Below are positions 36,903 to 48,765 of a stretch of DNA of 64,000 bases, one piece after another. Positions within the stretch are counted from its first letter, which is position 1. Every line of letters starts with the position of its first letter. The translations under genes were made by a program, and so were the position numbers. Source of the stretch: Hormiphora californensis (taxonomy: Eukaryota > Animalia > Ctenophora); assembly GCA_020137815.1 (NCBI GenBank), contig CM035354.1, positions 8,680,001 to 8,744,000 of the forward strand, given 5' to 3'. The notes under the pieces are model-generated. The model did no database searches, was not told the origin of the DNA, and worked only from the letters and a program-made list of their open reading frames with translations.

Positions 36903-38288
36903 TCTCTATTATAATTTGGAGATGAACGTCGTGGTCGAAGTCGTTCGTTCAGTGCGTTTCTACGCGACAGTCTGCTCCTTCATTAAGAATTTCAGTGGCG
37001 TGTTGTGACGAAATATTGGTGAACTGACGTAACTACGGCAGCCAAGAAGGAAATCGCGCGGCGCGCACAGCACACACAGAAGACATTAGAAACTTTCAAT
37101 TCAACTTCCTACCCGCGCGTTCCAGACACGTCATTTTGGTCGAGATGTCGTCATAATCATTCATGTTGCTATAGGGACACCTTCTATTTCTACAGTTCTC
37201 TCAGATCTCCTGCTATCAGATCACATCAACCCTATTAGTTAACCTCATTAGTACCCCTGTCAGTGTCACATTTCTCATCAGCTCAGTGCTCACATGTCTT
37301 TGTGACATGTATTCCACACCCATTAAATTATGGGAGTGCGAATGGAACTTTGATGGAAAACTCAAAGCCGGGCAACGAAGTACGCTAAACAGCCGGCTTT
37401 CTTCTTGGGAGCAGATGTTTAAACTCTGCTGGCAGTTAGTGATTATTTCGGAACATAATTTAGCAATTCAGTCTCCATAGTTACCGATTTAGTTGCCATG
37501 GCAACCATCAAATGTGGGAAAAAAGAGGGCCACCCGGCGAAGCCGGGTGGTTTGTGAACACCCCTTATTTGAGGCGCACCCAATGGGTGCGCTAGTCTCT
37601 ATTATAATTTGGAGATGAACGTCGTGGTCGAAGTCGTTCGTTCAGTGCGTTTCTACGCGACAGTCTGCTCCTTCATTAAGAATTTCAGTGGCGTGTTGTG
37701 ACGAAATATTGGTGAACTGACGTAACTACGGCAGCCAAGAAGGAAATCGCGCGGCGCGCACAGCACACACAGAAGACATTAGAAACTTTCAATTCAACTT
37801 CCTACCCGCGCGTTCCAGACACGTCATTTTGGTCGAGATGTCGTCATAATCATTCATGTTGCTATAGGGACACCTTCTATTTCTACAGTTCTCTCAGATC
37901 TCCTGCTATCAGATCACATCAACCCTATTAGTTAACCTCATTAGTACCCCTGTCAGTGTCACATTTCTCATCAGCTCAGTGCTCACATGTCTTTGTGACA
38001 TGTATTCCACACCCATTAAATTATGGGAGTGCGAATGGAACTTTGATGGAAAACTCAAAGCCGGGCAACGAAGTACGCTAAACAGCCGGCTTTCTTCTTG
38101 GGAGCAGATGTTTAAACTCTGCTGGCAGTTAGTGATTATTTCGGAACATAATTTAGCAATTCAGTCTCCATAGTTACCGATTTAGTTGCCATGGCAACCA
38201 TCAAATGTGGGAAAAAAGAGGGCCACCCGGCGAAGCCGGGTGGTTTGTGAACACCCCTTATTTGAGGCGCACCCAATGGGTGCGCTAG
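36903..38288 (+). mobile_element. Two 693-bp Helitrons, apparently identical, in head-to-tail tandem
   Basis: A|TC start; GCGCACCCAATGGGTGCGC hairpin + CTAG end; junction CTAG|TC at 37595/37596. Confidence 0.85.
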
Positions 38289-38617
38289 TCTTACTATATA
38301 ATGCAAAAACACCCGAAACTTGATCCCACCCATGCATGTTTGGTGGTCCCTAAATCGTCGTCATCAAGATCAGATCACATCACCCAACATGCATGATCAG
38401 ATCACCCTACTGAGGATCAGATCCCCCCACCCAAGATCAGATCATACCATTGAGGATCAGATCACCCCACCCATGATCAGATCACCCCAGTGAGTATCAG
38501 ATCATCCCAGTGGTTATCAGATCCCACATTTCACCCAGCAGTCCACTGTGCGTGATGAGATCCCCATATATAGAGTAGAAAATAGACAAAGACGACAGAG
38601 AAATTGAGATAGAAATG

Positions 38618-38700
<83 letters not shown>

Positions 38701-38965
38701 TATCGAGAGGCTGATAGCATCGCTGAGATCATAGCTCTCATCGCTCTCTCTCCTCCTCTCTCTCTCGGCGTCTCTCTTTCTCTCCTCTCTTACCCCTTCC
38801 TCTCTCTTTTTTTGTTCTTTCTTTCTCTTTCTGCCTCACCATACAAGACAGAAAAACAGAGCGATACGAAAAACGAGGAATTTCCTAGGTGTTTTTAGTT
38901 TAGTGTACGTCGCTTGAGTAATCAATTAATTGTAAGCCATCCGTAGGATGGCTTGGGTCCACTAG
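38289..38965 (+). mobile_element. Second Helitron family, fused directly to the tandem
   Basis: TCTTACTATATAA start; AAGCCATCCGTAGGATGGCTT hairpin then CTAG|T. Confidence 0.8.
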
Positions 38966-39447
38966 TTTATGAAACCCGATAGCTGATTTAACAGTCGTTT
39001 GAACATTTTGCGCGCTCATGATAACTGCTAGCTGGGGTATTTAATACCCTGCTCAAGATTTAACAGACCAGTGCCTCTTTTCACGCTTTTCTCTTCATTT
39101 GAATAACGTGCGTGTAAAATTCCGAGGATTGAAAATGTGTGTAAACAGTGTTTACTAAACACTCAATAACGACAACAACAGAGAGGGGAACACATTTGCA
39201 ACACTTTTTAATATTATCTCTCTTATCAAGAGGCAGAAGAATCGCATTTCATTCGTTTCTCTTATTGCCTCTCTCACTGTGTGCATTGGCCCCAATCTTG
39301 CTCTCTCTTACTCAAATATGTTAGGAACAGTAGACACTGAGTCTACACACATTTTGAGGGTGTCTGTTGACTATTTTCCAGCAGTCCTAGTGTGTTTCAC
39401 CTTGTGTTGTGTCTCTTATTTGTGTGTAATTGCTATCGGGTTTCATA

Positions 39448-39653
39448 AACTATGAAAGTTTGTTAGCTTGTCACGTCGCGTTATAGGTTTAAATCGCCTC
39501 CCCCTCGCCCTCGGCTGCGCCTCGGGTTCGGGGTCGTGATTTAAACCAGTTTAATCGCCCTGCCGGGCGATTAAACTCCAGTTGGCTATCGCCAGCTCGC
39601 GCTGGCGACAGCCAACTTGATAACGGCGTGCCGCGCTACAAACCTCCATAGTT
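39448..39653. repeat. Multibranch palindromic cassette
   Basis: Outer stem enclosing three hairpins; same layout as the 60.7 and 61.7 kb copies. Confidence 0.7.
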
Positions 39654-39907
39654 CATTTGACTGAGAAATCATTTTCGAAAGGCTTCTTTCTTTACTGGTA
39701 CATTTCTCGAGGTGTTCTTTATACTATAACTGAGTCAATTTCACCGTTTTTGGAATTTTTGGCTAATGTGGTCACAGATGTCCCAATTCGGCGAAAATAC
39801 CGAAAACGGTGAAATTGCCTCTGTTTGGATAAAGAACACATCGAGTTTGGCCACATTGATACCTGAGTGAGATCGACGTCACGCGCGACTAAGATCGATC
39901 TCACATA

Positions 39908-40964
39908 CCACCTGGGCCAAAAAAACGTGGGGTACGCCGAGCCTCATATCTCCCAAATCTTAACTTCCATCACTCTGATATTTTGACACAATATTTGTAT
40001 GAATACTCATTCGAGGAATCTGGAGTTTCAGCCCTCTAGAACCCGAATGAACATTGAATGAACATCAAAATGGGACCATATTTCGGTACCAAAGTTTCAC
40101 AAATTTGTTTGGCTATCGATTTTCTTTCGAACGCGACCAGTTTGAGCTAAATTGGATCACCACAAGAATCACAGTGACCAGTTTACCAAGCCTAGGTTGG
40201 GTCATGTGATCCCCATCAAATTATGACGTGTTAGCAAGAGAACTTACATTTTAACAGACGCTGTATCGGTACACCGTCCTCATTAGCAGATGTGATACGT
40301 GATACTCGACCGTTACACCTGCTTATTGGCACTTCGTAATGACACAGGACACTAGCGTCTCAATGAGGGTCACATGACCAGACCTAGGGTTAGAAAACTA
40401 GCCACTGTGTCTCTTGTGGTGGGCCAACTGAGCTTAAATTAGTCGCGTTTGAAAGGAAATCGATACCCAAAGACGACTGTGAAATTCAGGTTTGAAAAAG
40501 CATTCCTGTTTTCAAGTTCATTCAGGATTCATTGCAGTCGGAAAAATGAACTTTGAGATAGAGAGCTAAAATTCCGGCTAATATCAACATTGATCAAGTG
40601 CAATGGCCTTACCGATTTTTAGCGCTTGAAATTGCCGATTTCTCGTCAAAATGGGTCAAAATCGATTTTCGGTAAAAATGAACAGTTTTATATTGTTTAT
40701 TTCACCCACTAAACTTGATAATGATTCAATTTTAATAAAAATGCAGATTGCCATTTGTTGTTAGTTGTTCTATTGCATGGCGGTCATTTTTAAGAATAAA
40801 ATTGAATATAAACAAGAGAAAACTTCGAAAACCCCGAAAAATGAAAAACTGATTCCTCGAATGAGTAGGTATACAAAAATTGTGTCAAAATATCAGAGTG
40901 ATAGGAGTTACGATTTGGGAGATATGAGGCTCGGCGTACCCCACGTTTTTTTTGGCCCAGGCGG
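39908..40964. mobile_element. Tc1/mariner-like MITE with TA TSD
   Basis: TA|CCACCTGGGCCAAAAAAACGTGGGG...GGCCCAGGCGG|TA; absent from the host copy near 7075. Confidence 0.8.
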
Positions 40965-41498
40965 TATAACAGCTGCCTCCGCTCTGTTATTGATTTTAGA
41001 GCAAACTTTTTCAAAGACCTGGCTGCAAGAAACTACTGAACCGATTTGCATCTCGTTTGTTGCTCCTGACAGATAATTGTCTCTAGTTTTACGGAAAATA
41101 ACCGCGAGTATCAGCATTTGAGGAATAGTGGGTCAAAATTGACGCTAAACATGAGCAATTCTTTAAAGACCTGGCCGCAAGCTCCTACTCGGTCCTGGGA
41201 TAATCTGCGGGTACTGGGTGAATCGTCATGGCCTTGTGAGCATGGGAAAATACCCGCCGATTCATCACGATGCGAAATGAGGCGGTAATTGACGTTTGAG
41301 TAGTGCTATGTCAGCTAAAAAGGTCTCCCAAAACAGTCTGTCGCGCGGAATTTGCTGACAAACGTGCTTTACATCGCACGCACGTGAGTTCTTGCTGTCC
41401 ATAGAGCGGGAGCCTATCACGGGAGATTACGGGGGCCCGGATGAGACGCCCGTACCAGTCGCCCGTACCAGTCGCCCGTACATTTGCTTTGCGCATTA

Positions 41499-41768
41499 GG
41501 GGAAACTCTAACTGAATGGCATCCCATTAATGGGATCCCATCAACAGTAAAACTCTAACTGATAATGGACCACAGTGATGGTTCTTTCTCTGTATTCTCT
41601 CTGTAGACAGTCAATCAATCAATCAATCAGTACATTGGGCATGCCCGGGCACGGGCGCGCACACAGAGAGAATACAGAGAAAGAACCATCACTGTGGTCC
41701 ATTATCAGTTAGAGTTTTACTGTTGATGGGATCCCATTAATGGGATGCCATTCAGTTAGAGTTTCCCC
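41499..41768. mobile_element. PIF/Harbinger MITE with TTA TSD, nested in another palindromic element (about 41418-41918)
   Basis: TTA|GGGGAAACTC...GAGTTTCCCC|TTA. Confidence 0.85.
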
Positions 41769-42309
41769 TTACGTTTCATCGCACTTTCACCACAAATAAG
41801 GTACATGCGTGTCATGCGCATGTGTTTCGTTGTGGTGAAAGTGTGGTGAAACGTAATGCGCAAAGCAAATTTACGGGCGACTGGTACGGGCGTCTCATCC
41901 GGGCCCTCGTAATCCGCTGCCTATTCTTCGCGGAGCGAGAATAAAGTCCATTTTTATTCAACTGTTCATCCCTCAACTCGTGCACGTGCGATATTTTAAT
42001 TTACGCTGTGTGCGCTACACGTTAACATGTGATAAACGCGCAAAACAATTCCGCGCACGACTTTGGGGGGTGAACAGTTGAAAAAAAATGGAGTATAGGT
42101 TGCAATGGAGCAAAACCTCGAAAGATGTACTAGTAAAGAAATTAGCCTCTTTCTCAGTCAAAAATGGTCGATTAAAAATTTCCGCGAAACTTCGAACTTC
42201 GAACTTTAGTGCGTGTCACGCAGTTGAGATTTGAACGAGCGTGCCCAACTTCAGTGTGTCTCCACCCCATTAGATGTTGTCAGGTCTAGTAACCCTTGAA
42301 TCTTCTCAG

Positions 42310-42504
42310 AGAGATGCCCTGCATTGAGTGCTGGTACCCACTCTAACATTTCGTGTAGTAATGGGACAGCACACGGCTCGATATGCCAGCTAAACTGTAC
42401 AAGTAACTATACCATGGCCTACCCCTACGGTAAAACTCTTTTCACAGAGTGCCAGGATGGGCAGTGGAGTGGATTTCCTCTCACCATCATCCCCGCCTGT
42501 CTAG
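42310..42504 (+). CDS. Exon 30: Sushi/CCP domain
   Basis: RCPAL...GSICQLNCTSNY...CQDGQWSG...PAC; phase 1-1. Confidence 0.9.
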
Positions 42505-42587
42505 GTAGGAAATGTTACACTCGTAGATTGTAGAACTATTTGATTTATACACCACTACAACTAGTTCATGAAACCTAAAGTCCAATT

Positions 42588-42868
42588 TTTAATTTAAGCG
42601 ACAGGCCGCCGCGCATTCAAAGAAGTCGCGCGGCGTTGTATTTGCGCGTGACAATTCGAGAACTCTTTTCGCTCATATCTCCCGTTCCTGATGAGATAAA
42701 GAATTGGTCTCGGTTGCGTTGGAAAGGTCTTCAAATTATCTTTCCAATGCTTTCGGGTTCAAGTTTTAAGATTGCCAGAAACTCGATCTCGATTATCACG
42801 CGCAAATACAACGCCGCGCGGCCTCTTTGAATGCGCGGCGGCCTGTCGCTTAAATAAAAAATTCGACT
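42588..42868. mobile_element. Palindromic MITE
   Basis: Inverted arms ATTTAAGCGACAGGCCGCCGCGCATTCAAAGA. Confidence 0.7.
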
Positions 42869-43153
42869 ATAACCTGATTTTACTTCAAATGCGTATAATT
42901 ATAGGTATAGATCATTCTGTGAAAATCTCACCTCTCTTATACTCCTCCCGTTCTTAAGTTATTGAAGTATTAACAAGAATTATTATTGCATTATGCAATG
43001 TTTCATAATGCTGTGTTTCCCTGCCAACCGATCTGATTTCTGTGAAACTTCTCCTATGCTTTATTCAGTGTGAGAGCATTTTTATGCCTATCTTGAGTTG
43101 GTTCGTATTTTATGAGGCCCGTATTTTCATCAATAAAAGTCTATCTATGGTGA

Positions 43154-43531
43154 TTTTTTTCCCGCCCGGGTGAATGCCGAAGGCATTCACCCGGATGCCT
43201 TTTGTAAAAAGGCATAGGGGTTTAGAATTCGACAAGTTTACATACTAGTGAGGTGTCACGGTCACAAAACTGGCTGTAACACGCTCAGTTGCGAGGGACA
43301 ACGGTGTTGCTCCTTCATCAAATACTTCAATGGCACGTTTTCAGGAAATGTGAGCCGTGCATTGTGGCACGCAATTTAGTGCTACTAAAACACAAGACCA
43401 AGTTCCATACGGTTTGAGTGATTGATAAATGATGAGAAATGTCTGGCCCGCCTTCACATTAAATTTAGTTATGAAAATAGAGGTTGGCGGGGAAACATAG
43501 CATTATGAAACATAATGCAATGATTCTTGTT
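43154..43531 (+). mobile_element. HINE/DINE-like element
   Basis: Same termini as the other copies. Confidence 0.72.
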
Positions 43532-43681
43532 ATAGTGTGTGTCATAAGTAAGGAAGGTGTTATAATTTAGGTATACCACTCTGACGCTGAGCAGTGTCAG
43601 TCAAAATTCAGTTTGCTGGCCCTGTTTTGCCTGGGCGGTATACAAAAACTTATATTATTATTATTATTATTATTATGCTAA

Positions 43682-44314
43682 GGGTGCGATCACACCAGGA
43701 TCTTCGAAACAATTGCTTCGAAGATCCAAACTGAATCACACTGAAAAGTTTGGTTGGTTCTTCAAATTAGCAGGCGTTCAGTTGTGAACGTGGACGCTGG
43801 CAGGCTTTTACATGTTGCAACATGTAACATCTTGCCAGCGCCCATGTCGCACGTGCCAATGTGCCGCACACAACAGGCGCCCCCATCAAAAGTTCGCGAC
43901 GCTAATTCTTGGTTGGCGTCGCGATTAACGTCGCTAAAAAAGTTCATTCGCTGCAAGAATAGCGTCGCGAATCCAGGTATTCGCGGCGTTTTCACTGCGT
44001 TTTTTCAAAAAAGCAAATTTTTCAGCATTTGAATTTTTCAAAATCAGCTGCTGAAAAATGCAAATGCTGAAAAATTTGCTTTTTTTGAAAAAACGCAGTG
44101 AAAACGCCGCGAATACCTGGATTCGCGACGTGATTCTTGCAGTGAATGAGCTTTTTTAGCGACGTTTATCGCGACGCCAATCAAGAATTAGCGTCGCAAA
44201 CTTTTGATGGGGGCGTTCACAACTGAACGCCTGATAATTTGAAGAACCAACCAAACTTTTCAGTGTGATTCAGTTTGGATCTTCGAAGCAATTGTTCCTG
44301 GTGTGATAGCGCCC
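43682..44314. mobile_element. Harbinger-like foldback MITE with TAA TSD
   Basis: TAA|GGGTGCGATCACACCAGG...CCTGGTGTGATAGCGCCC|TAA. Confidence 0.82.
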
Positions 44315-45419
44315 TAAGAGTAAGAGGTGGTAATGGAGGTGCAAATACCGCTTACTGCTTAGTTTAAGTCTGGCGTCACTTAACCGTTGAAGACACAGAT
44401 TTTTTTTTACCAACTTAAAAGCTAAATACTGTATCCCCAAAACGACTGGAGATAGGGCAATAGTTTCTTGATAAGGGCAATTTGCGATTTGCGGGCATCG
44501 CATTATAGAGGCATTATAGACGCATTATAACAGCAATATAAACGCATTTTTATAGACACGACGCAGTATAGGTGCACCACCCACGCCAAAATTGTGTTAA
44601 AGACGCACTATAGACGCATATAGACGGAGTATTAGAGGAGCACCATAAACACTACATAGCCGCATTATATACGGATTATAAACGCATTATAGACGCAGGT
44701 CGCTTTTTATAGACGCGGCGTCTATAAAAACGTACTTTTTTAAGAAGCACTATAGACGTAAAGTCGGATTTTTGAAGTTGTCACCCCCCATTTCACGAGC
44801 GGCGTTGTATTTGCGTGTGACAGCCCCCACTTTTTCTCATTTTCGAAAAAAAAAACCCGAATAACATCGGAAAGAGCATAATTTTGTGAGTCCGTAGAGT
44901 TTTTGTTTGACGAAATTGGTCAAGAAACAAGGGTGTGAGAGCCAAAACAAGATTCCGGTGCGCAAATAAAATGTCGCACGCCACCCTAGATGGTCGGTAT
45001 GATTTTTAAAATGAGAGAGAACAGCAGGGATTTTCACAAAAAGTTATCTTGATACTCCTTGATGACTAACTCAAACTTTAGTGAAAACCGCATGTCTCTA
45101 ACATGTTTTTGAAAGTTAGCTCAATTTTCAAAAACATGCTAGAGACATGCGATTTTCACTAAAGTTTTAGTTAGCCATCAAGGAGTATCTAGATAACTTT
45201 TTGTGAAAATTCCTGCTGTTCTCTCTCACTTTAACAACTTTTTGAGTTTTAGGTACTACATGGTCGGACCCCGATTTACAGGAACCCCGATTTATCGGGA
45301 GGATAAACTCCCCCCAATATAGGAAATTAACAGTTTTTCACCCCGATATACCGAGCACCCCGATTTGGGTGGTCATTTGGGGGTGACAACTTCAAAAATC
45401 CGACTTTACAAACTTGATA

Positions 45420-47112
45420 TCATACTATTATTAAAGCAAATAGGGAAATGATGTGTCCCGTTTTTTACCAAATATGGCAAATAGTGTTCCTATTTCCTGG
45501 AAATTCCTGGAAATGGCCTTTTGCACGTGTTGTCCCTAGAGGGACCCTAGCAACCTGCCAGCTTGAGCCTTAAACTGCACGTGCATCCTTGATTCATCTC
45601 TCTGCCGGTTGTGTGAATGATCGTTTGCTCGATTTGATCTGTTCACCACGTTTCGTGAACATGACTATTGACTACTCAACTTCAACACAATCGCCAGTGA
45701 GTTTGGAGGAGCCATATGTCGCAAACTGGCGCTGACCCCTATAGACTACGTGATAGAACCCTAAAAAGAGGTGATTATTATTCAAAAAATATTGTCAACA
45801 CACGTAATAACAAAGTATCAATGGCACTAATAAGAAATGACAGTAATACGTGAAAGTATTTTGCAAATGTGCTCCTTCATAAAATACTTAAGGACTTGGT
45901 AAAAGAGGACCCGTGGTTTTTCTGTCGAAAGAATCCCTGTGGTCAATTTACTGATTTTAAAAATTTCAAATGACTAGCGCACCCATTGGGTGCGCCTCAA
46001 GTAAGGGCCTTTTGATAACCCACCCGGCTTCGCCGTGTGGCTCATTTCGCCACTTTCAACGTCAATAACACGGTTGCCATGGCAACTGAATTGGTAAATA
46101 TGGTGACTGAATTGTTAAAATTCATTCGAAAATAGTAAGAAACTTCCACTGGAAGTTCCAAAACTGTGAGTAACAGCTTTACAGCTTTGGGCACATAGAG
46201 TGTTTTATGAAGGAGCACTGTCGCTTAGATACCGCCTAACGAACGACTTCGACTTCGACGTTCATCTCCAAATTATAATAGAGATAGCGCACCCATTGGG
46301 TGCGCCCCAAGTAAGGGCTTTTTGTTAACCCATACGGCTTCGCCGTGTGGTTGTTTTTGCCACTTTTAACGGAAATAACGCGGTTGCCATGGCAACTGAA
46401 GTGGTAACTATGGGGACTGAATTGTTAAAATTCATTCGAAAATAGTAAGAAACTTCCACTGGAAGTTCCAAACGTGTGAGCTTTGGTCGCATAAAATGTC
46501 GCATAAAATGTTTTATGAAGGAGCACCCATTCCTACCCGGTTATCATTTGTGGTTTTTTTGATCTTTGATGTCGATTTTTTCAAAAACCCTACTTGGGAT
46601 TAGATTAATTCTTTTTCTAATCGACTAAGCTAATCCTAAGCTTTCGAAAACACACCCTATTGATATAGAGCGGATGAAAAAACTTCGACGTCGTTCATCT
46701 CCAAATTATAATATAGACTAGCGCACCCAAATTGGGTGCGCCTCAAGTAAGGGCTTTTTGATAACCCACCCGGCCTCGCCGGGCGGTTCTTTTCGCCCTT
46801 TCTGCTTTCAACGTCAATAACACGGTTGCCATGGCAACTGAATTGGTAACTATGGGGACTGGGCTGTTAAAAGTCATTCGAAATATTAAGAAACTTCCAC
46901 TGGAACTTCAGAAAGTGTGAATAACAGCTTTACAGCTTTCGTCATATGAAGTGATTTATGAAGGAGCAGTCTGTCGCTTAGATACCGCTGAACGAACGGC
47001 TTCGACTTCGACGTCGTTCATCTCCAAATTATAATAGAGATACCACACTATTTGCTTAGTTTACTGTATGACCATCCCCGACATTCGCCCGTAGGGCGAG
47101 CGGGCTTACTAG
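45420..47112 (+). mobile_element. Helitron carrying a nested opposite-strand Helitron array
   Basis: A|TCATACTATTATT start; TCGCCCGTAGGGCGA hairpin then CTAG|T. Confidence 0.65.
45974..47040 (-). mobile_element. Three diverged Helitrons in head-to-tail tandem
   Basis: Junctions near 46283 and 46717; A|TC and CTAG|T outer ends on minus strand. Confidence 0.78.
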
Positions 47113-47113
47113 T

Positions 47114-47760
47114 AACAAGAATTATTGCATTATGTATTCATAATGCGGTGTTTCCCTGCCCCAGATGGGTGAAAAATTGATGAATGAGCTTCAAATTCAG
47201 ATTTTCCGATGAATTTTGCACTTTAAGAGCAATTTTTGGCTGATACGATGTTAGTTGCTTATATGGTAACCAGGGTGGTTGCTATGGTAACCAAGGCAGT
47301 TGCTATGATAACTAAGACAGTTGCTTAGGAGACCCTAGTTGGTGACCAAGCGCTTCACCTTTACCCTCAGGCCTCAGTCATCTTAATTCTTAGCACCAGT
47401 CACTTGCAATTATTGTGTGATAATAGTTTCATGCTTGGAAGACTTGCTACCACGTCATGGTACGGCTGTAGGGTACCCAAAGTGATTTCAGGTGAAAGTA
47501 GGAAGTGATACGAGTGAGTAATTGCGCGCCACAATGCGTATTAATCATTTCCTTTGTTGAATCAACAAAGTGTGAGTTGAAATATTTATGAAGGAGCAGA
47601 CTTTTTTGCTATGTGTAACGGTGGACAGACGGACGGACGGACATTTAGCTAACTCCACGATCTGCTGATTTCTAAACCCTGAATGATCTTTTTAGCACGT
47701 GCGTGCTAAAAACATCATCCCGGATGATTGCCTTCGGCAATCACCCGGGCAGGGAAAAAA
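47114..47760 (-). mobile_element. HINE/DINE-like element, inverted copy of 11089-11737
   Basis: Similar along its length, including (GGAC)n. Confidence 0.78.
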
Positions 47761-47820
47761 TCAATTGATTCTAAGAAATATCTTATTTTTTTCGTGAACT
47801 ACCCCTTTAACATCTTACAG

Positions 47821-48159
47821 CTGAAGAGGCGCCTGCAAGTTGGTCTGCTTCTATCACCTACACGAGCTCCTCTGATTGCACAACTGTGGACCGGGTCGAG
47901 GATGTCATAGAGGCCATGAATTCCAGTCTATTATCTGGAATTAATTATGAGAATGTTACCTTGGGAGATATATCAACAACCAGCCTTGTTCCTGAGATGA
48001 AATGTGAGATATCATTCGATCTATATGGCGGAGAAACATTAGACGAAATGAACAGAGTGTATGAACGAGTTATTAATGCTCTTTCACCTGCTGTGGAGGG
48101 TAGGGTGACTTCCACTTGTCAGAGTGGTCGAGGAATCAGTGGTGATGGTTTAAATTGTG
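47821..48159 (+). CDS. Exon 31: SEA-like alpha/beta linker leading into Cys-rich repeat
   Basis: CAG|CT acceptor, G|GTAAGT donor; ends TSTCQSGRGISGDGLNC. The SEA-like call is inference. Confidence 0.8.
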
Positions 48160-48220
48160 GTAAGTGTGTGATTGTGAACATCTCACACATCAATAGCTTT
48201 TTTACTACAGTTTGTTGGTA

Positions 48221-48316
48221 CAGTCGGACCCCGATTTAGTGGCCCCGATTTAGTGGCACCTCGATTTAGTGGCAGGATTTTTCCCCCGAGGACGCCACTT
48301 AATCGGGGTCCGACTG
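48221..48316. mobile_element. pogo/Tigger-like MITE with TA TSD
   Basis: TA|CAGTCGGACCCCGATTT...CGGGGTCCGACTG|TA. Confidence 0.8.
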
Positions 48317-48357
48317 TAGTTATGAAACCAAAATGTAACATTAACATGCACTATCAG

Positions 48358-48504
48358 TGGAATGTGCCGCGGGAAGATTCAGCAGTAACAACGTGTGTGT
48401 GGAGTGTGACAGTGGCAGTACTGAGTCCAGTACCGGGCAGACATCATGTTCCACATCATGCCAGTCCTATCAGACAAACTATCAAAACACCTGTACCAAT
48501 TCCA
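48358..48504 (+). CDS. Exon 32: ephrin-receptor-like Cys-rich repeat, paralogous to exon 2
   Basis: VECAAGRFSSNNVCVECDSGSTESSTGQTSC; A|GTGAGT. Confidence 0.88.
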
Positions 48505-48765
48505 GTGAGTAACTGCACCAGGGCCTAACAATCCCAATGGTCCAGTCAATTGGGAACTAGCTGACCTTTTTAACTAGAATCTAACTAATTTAGTCAGGAA
48601 CACTATTGGTGCGCGGTCGTACCCACGGAAGGAATGCTTGGATCATCTTGAACCTGGTTTTAAGTTCGCTAACGTATATTAGACAATTTTAACCGGTTAT
48701 CTAAGTTTTCACAGTACACCGTTTCCGGTGGTCTAACCACCGGTCTAACCACCGGTTACAGTGTA

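Noticed and set aside
37286-38173. Duplicated 64-aa ORF
   Set aside because: Interior of the tandem non-autonomous Helitron units; no recognisable domain.
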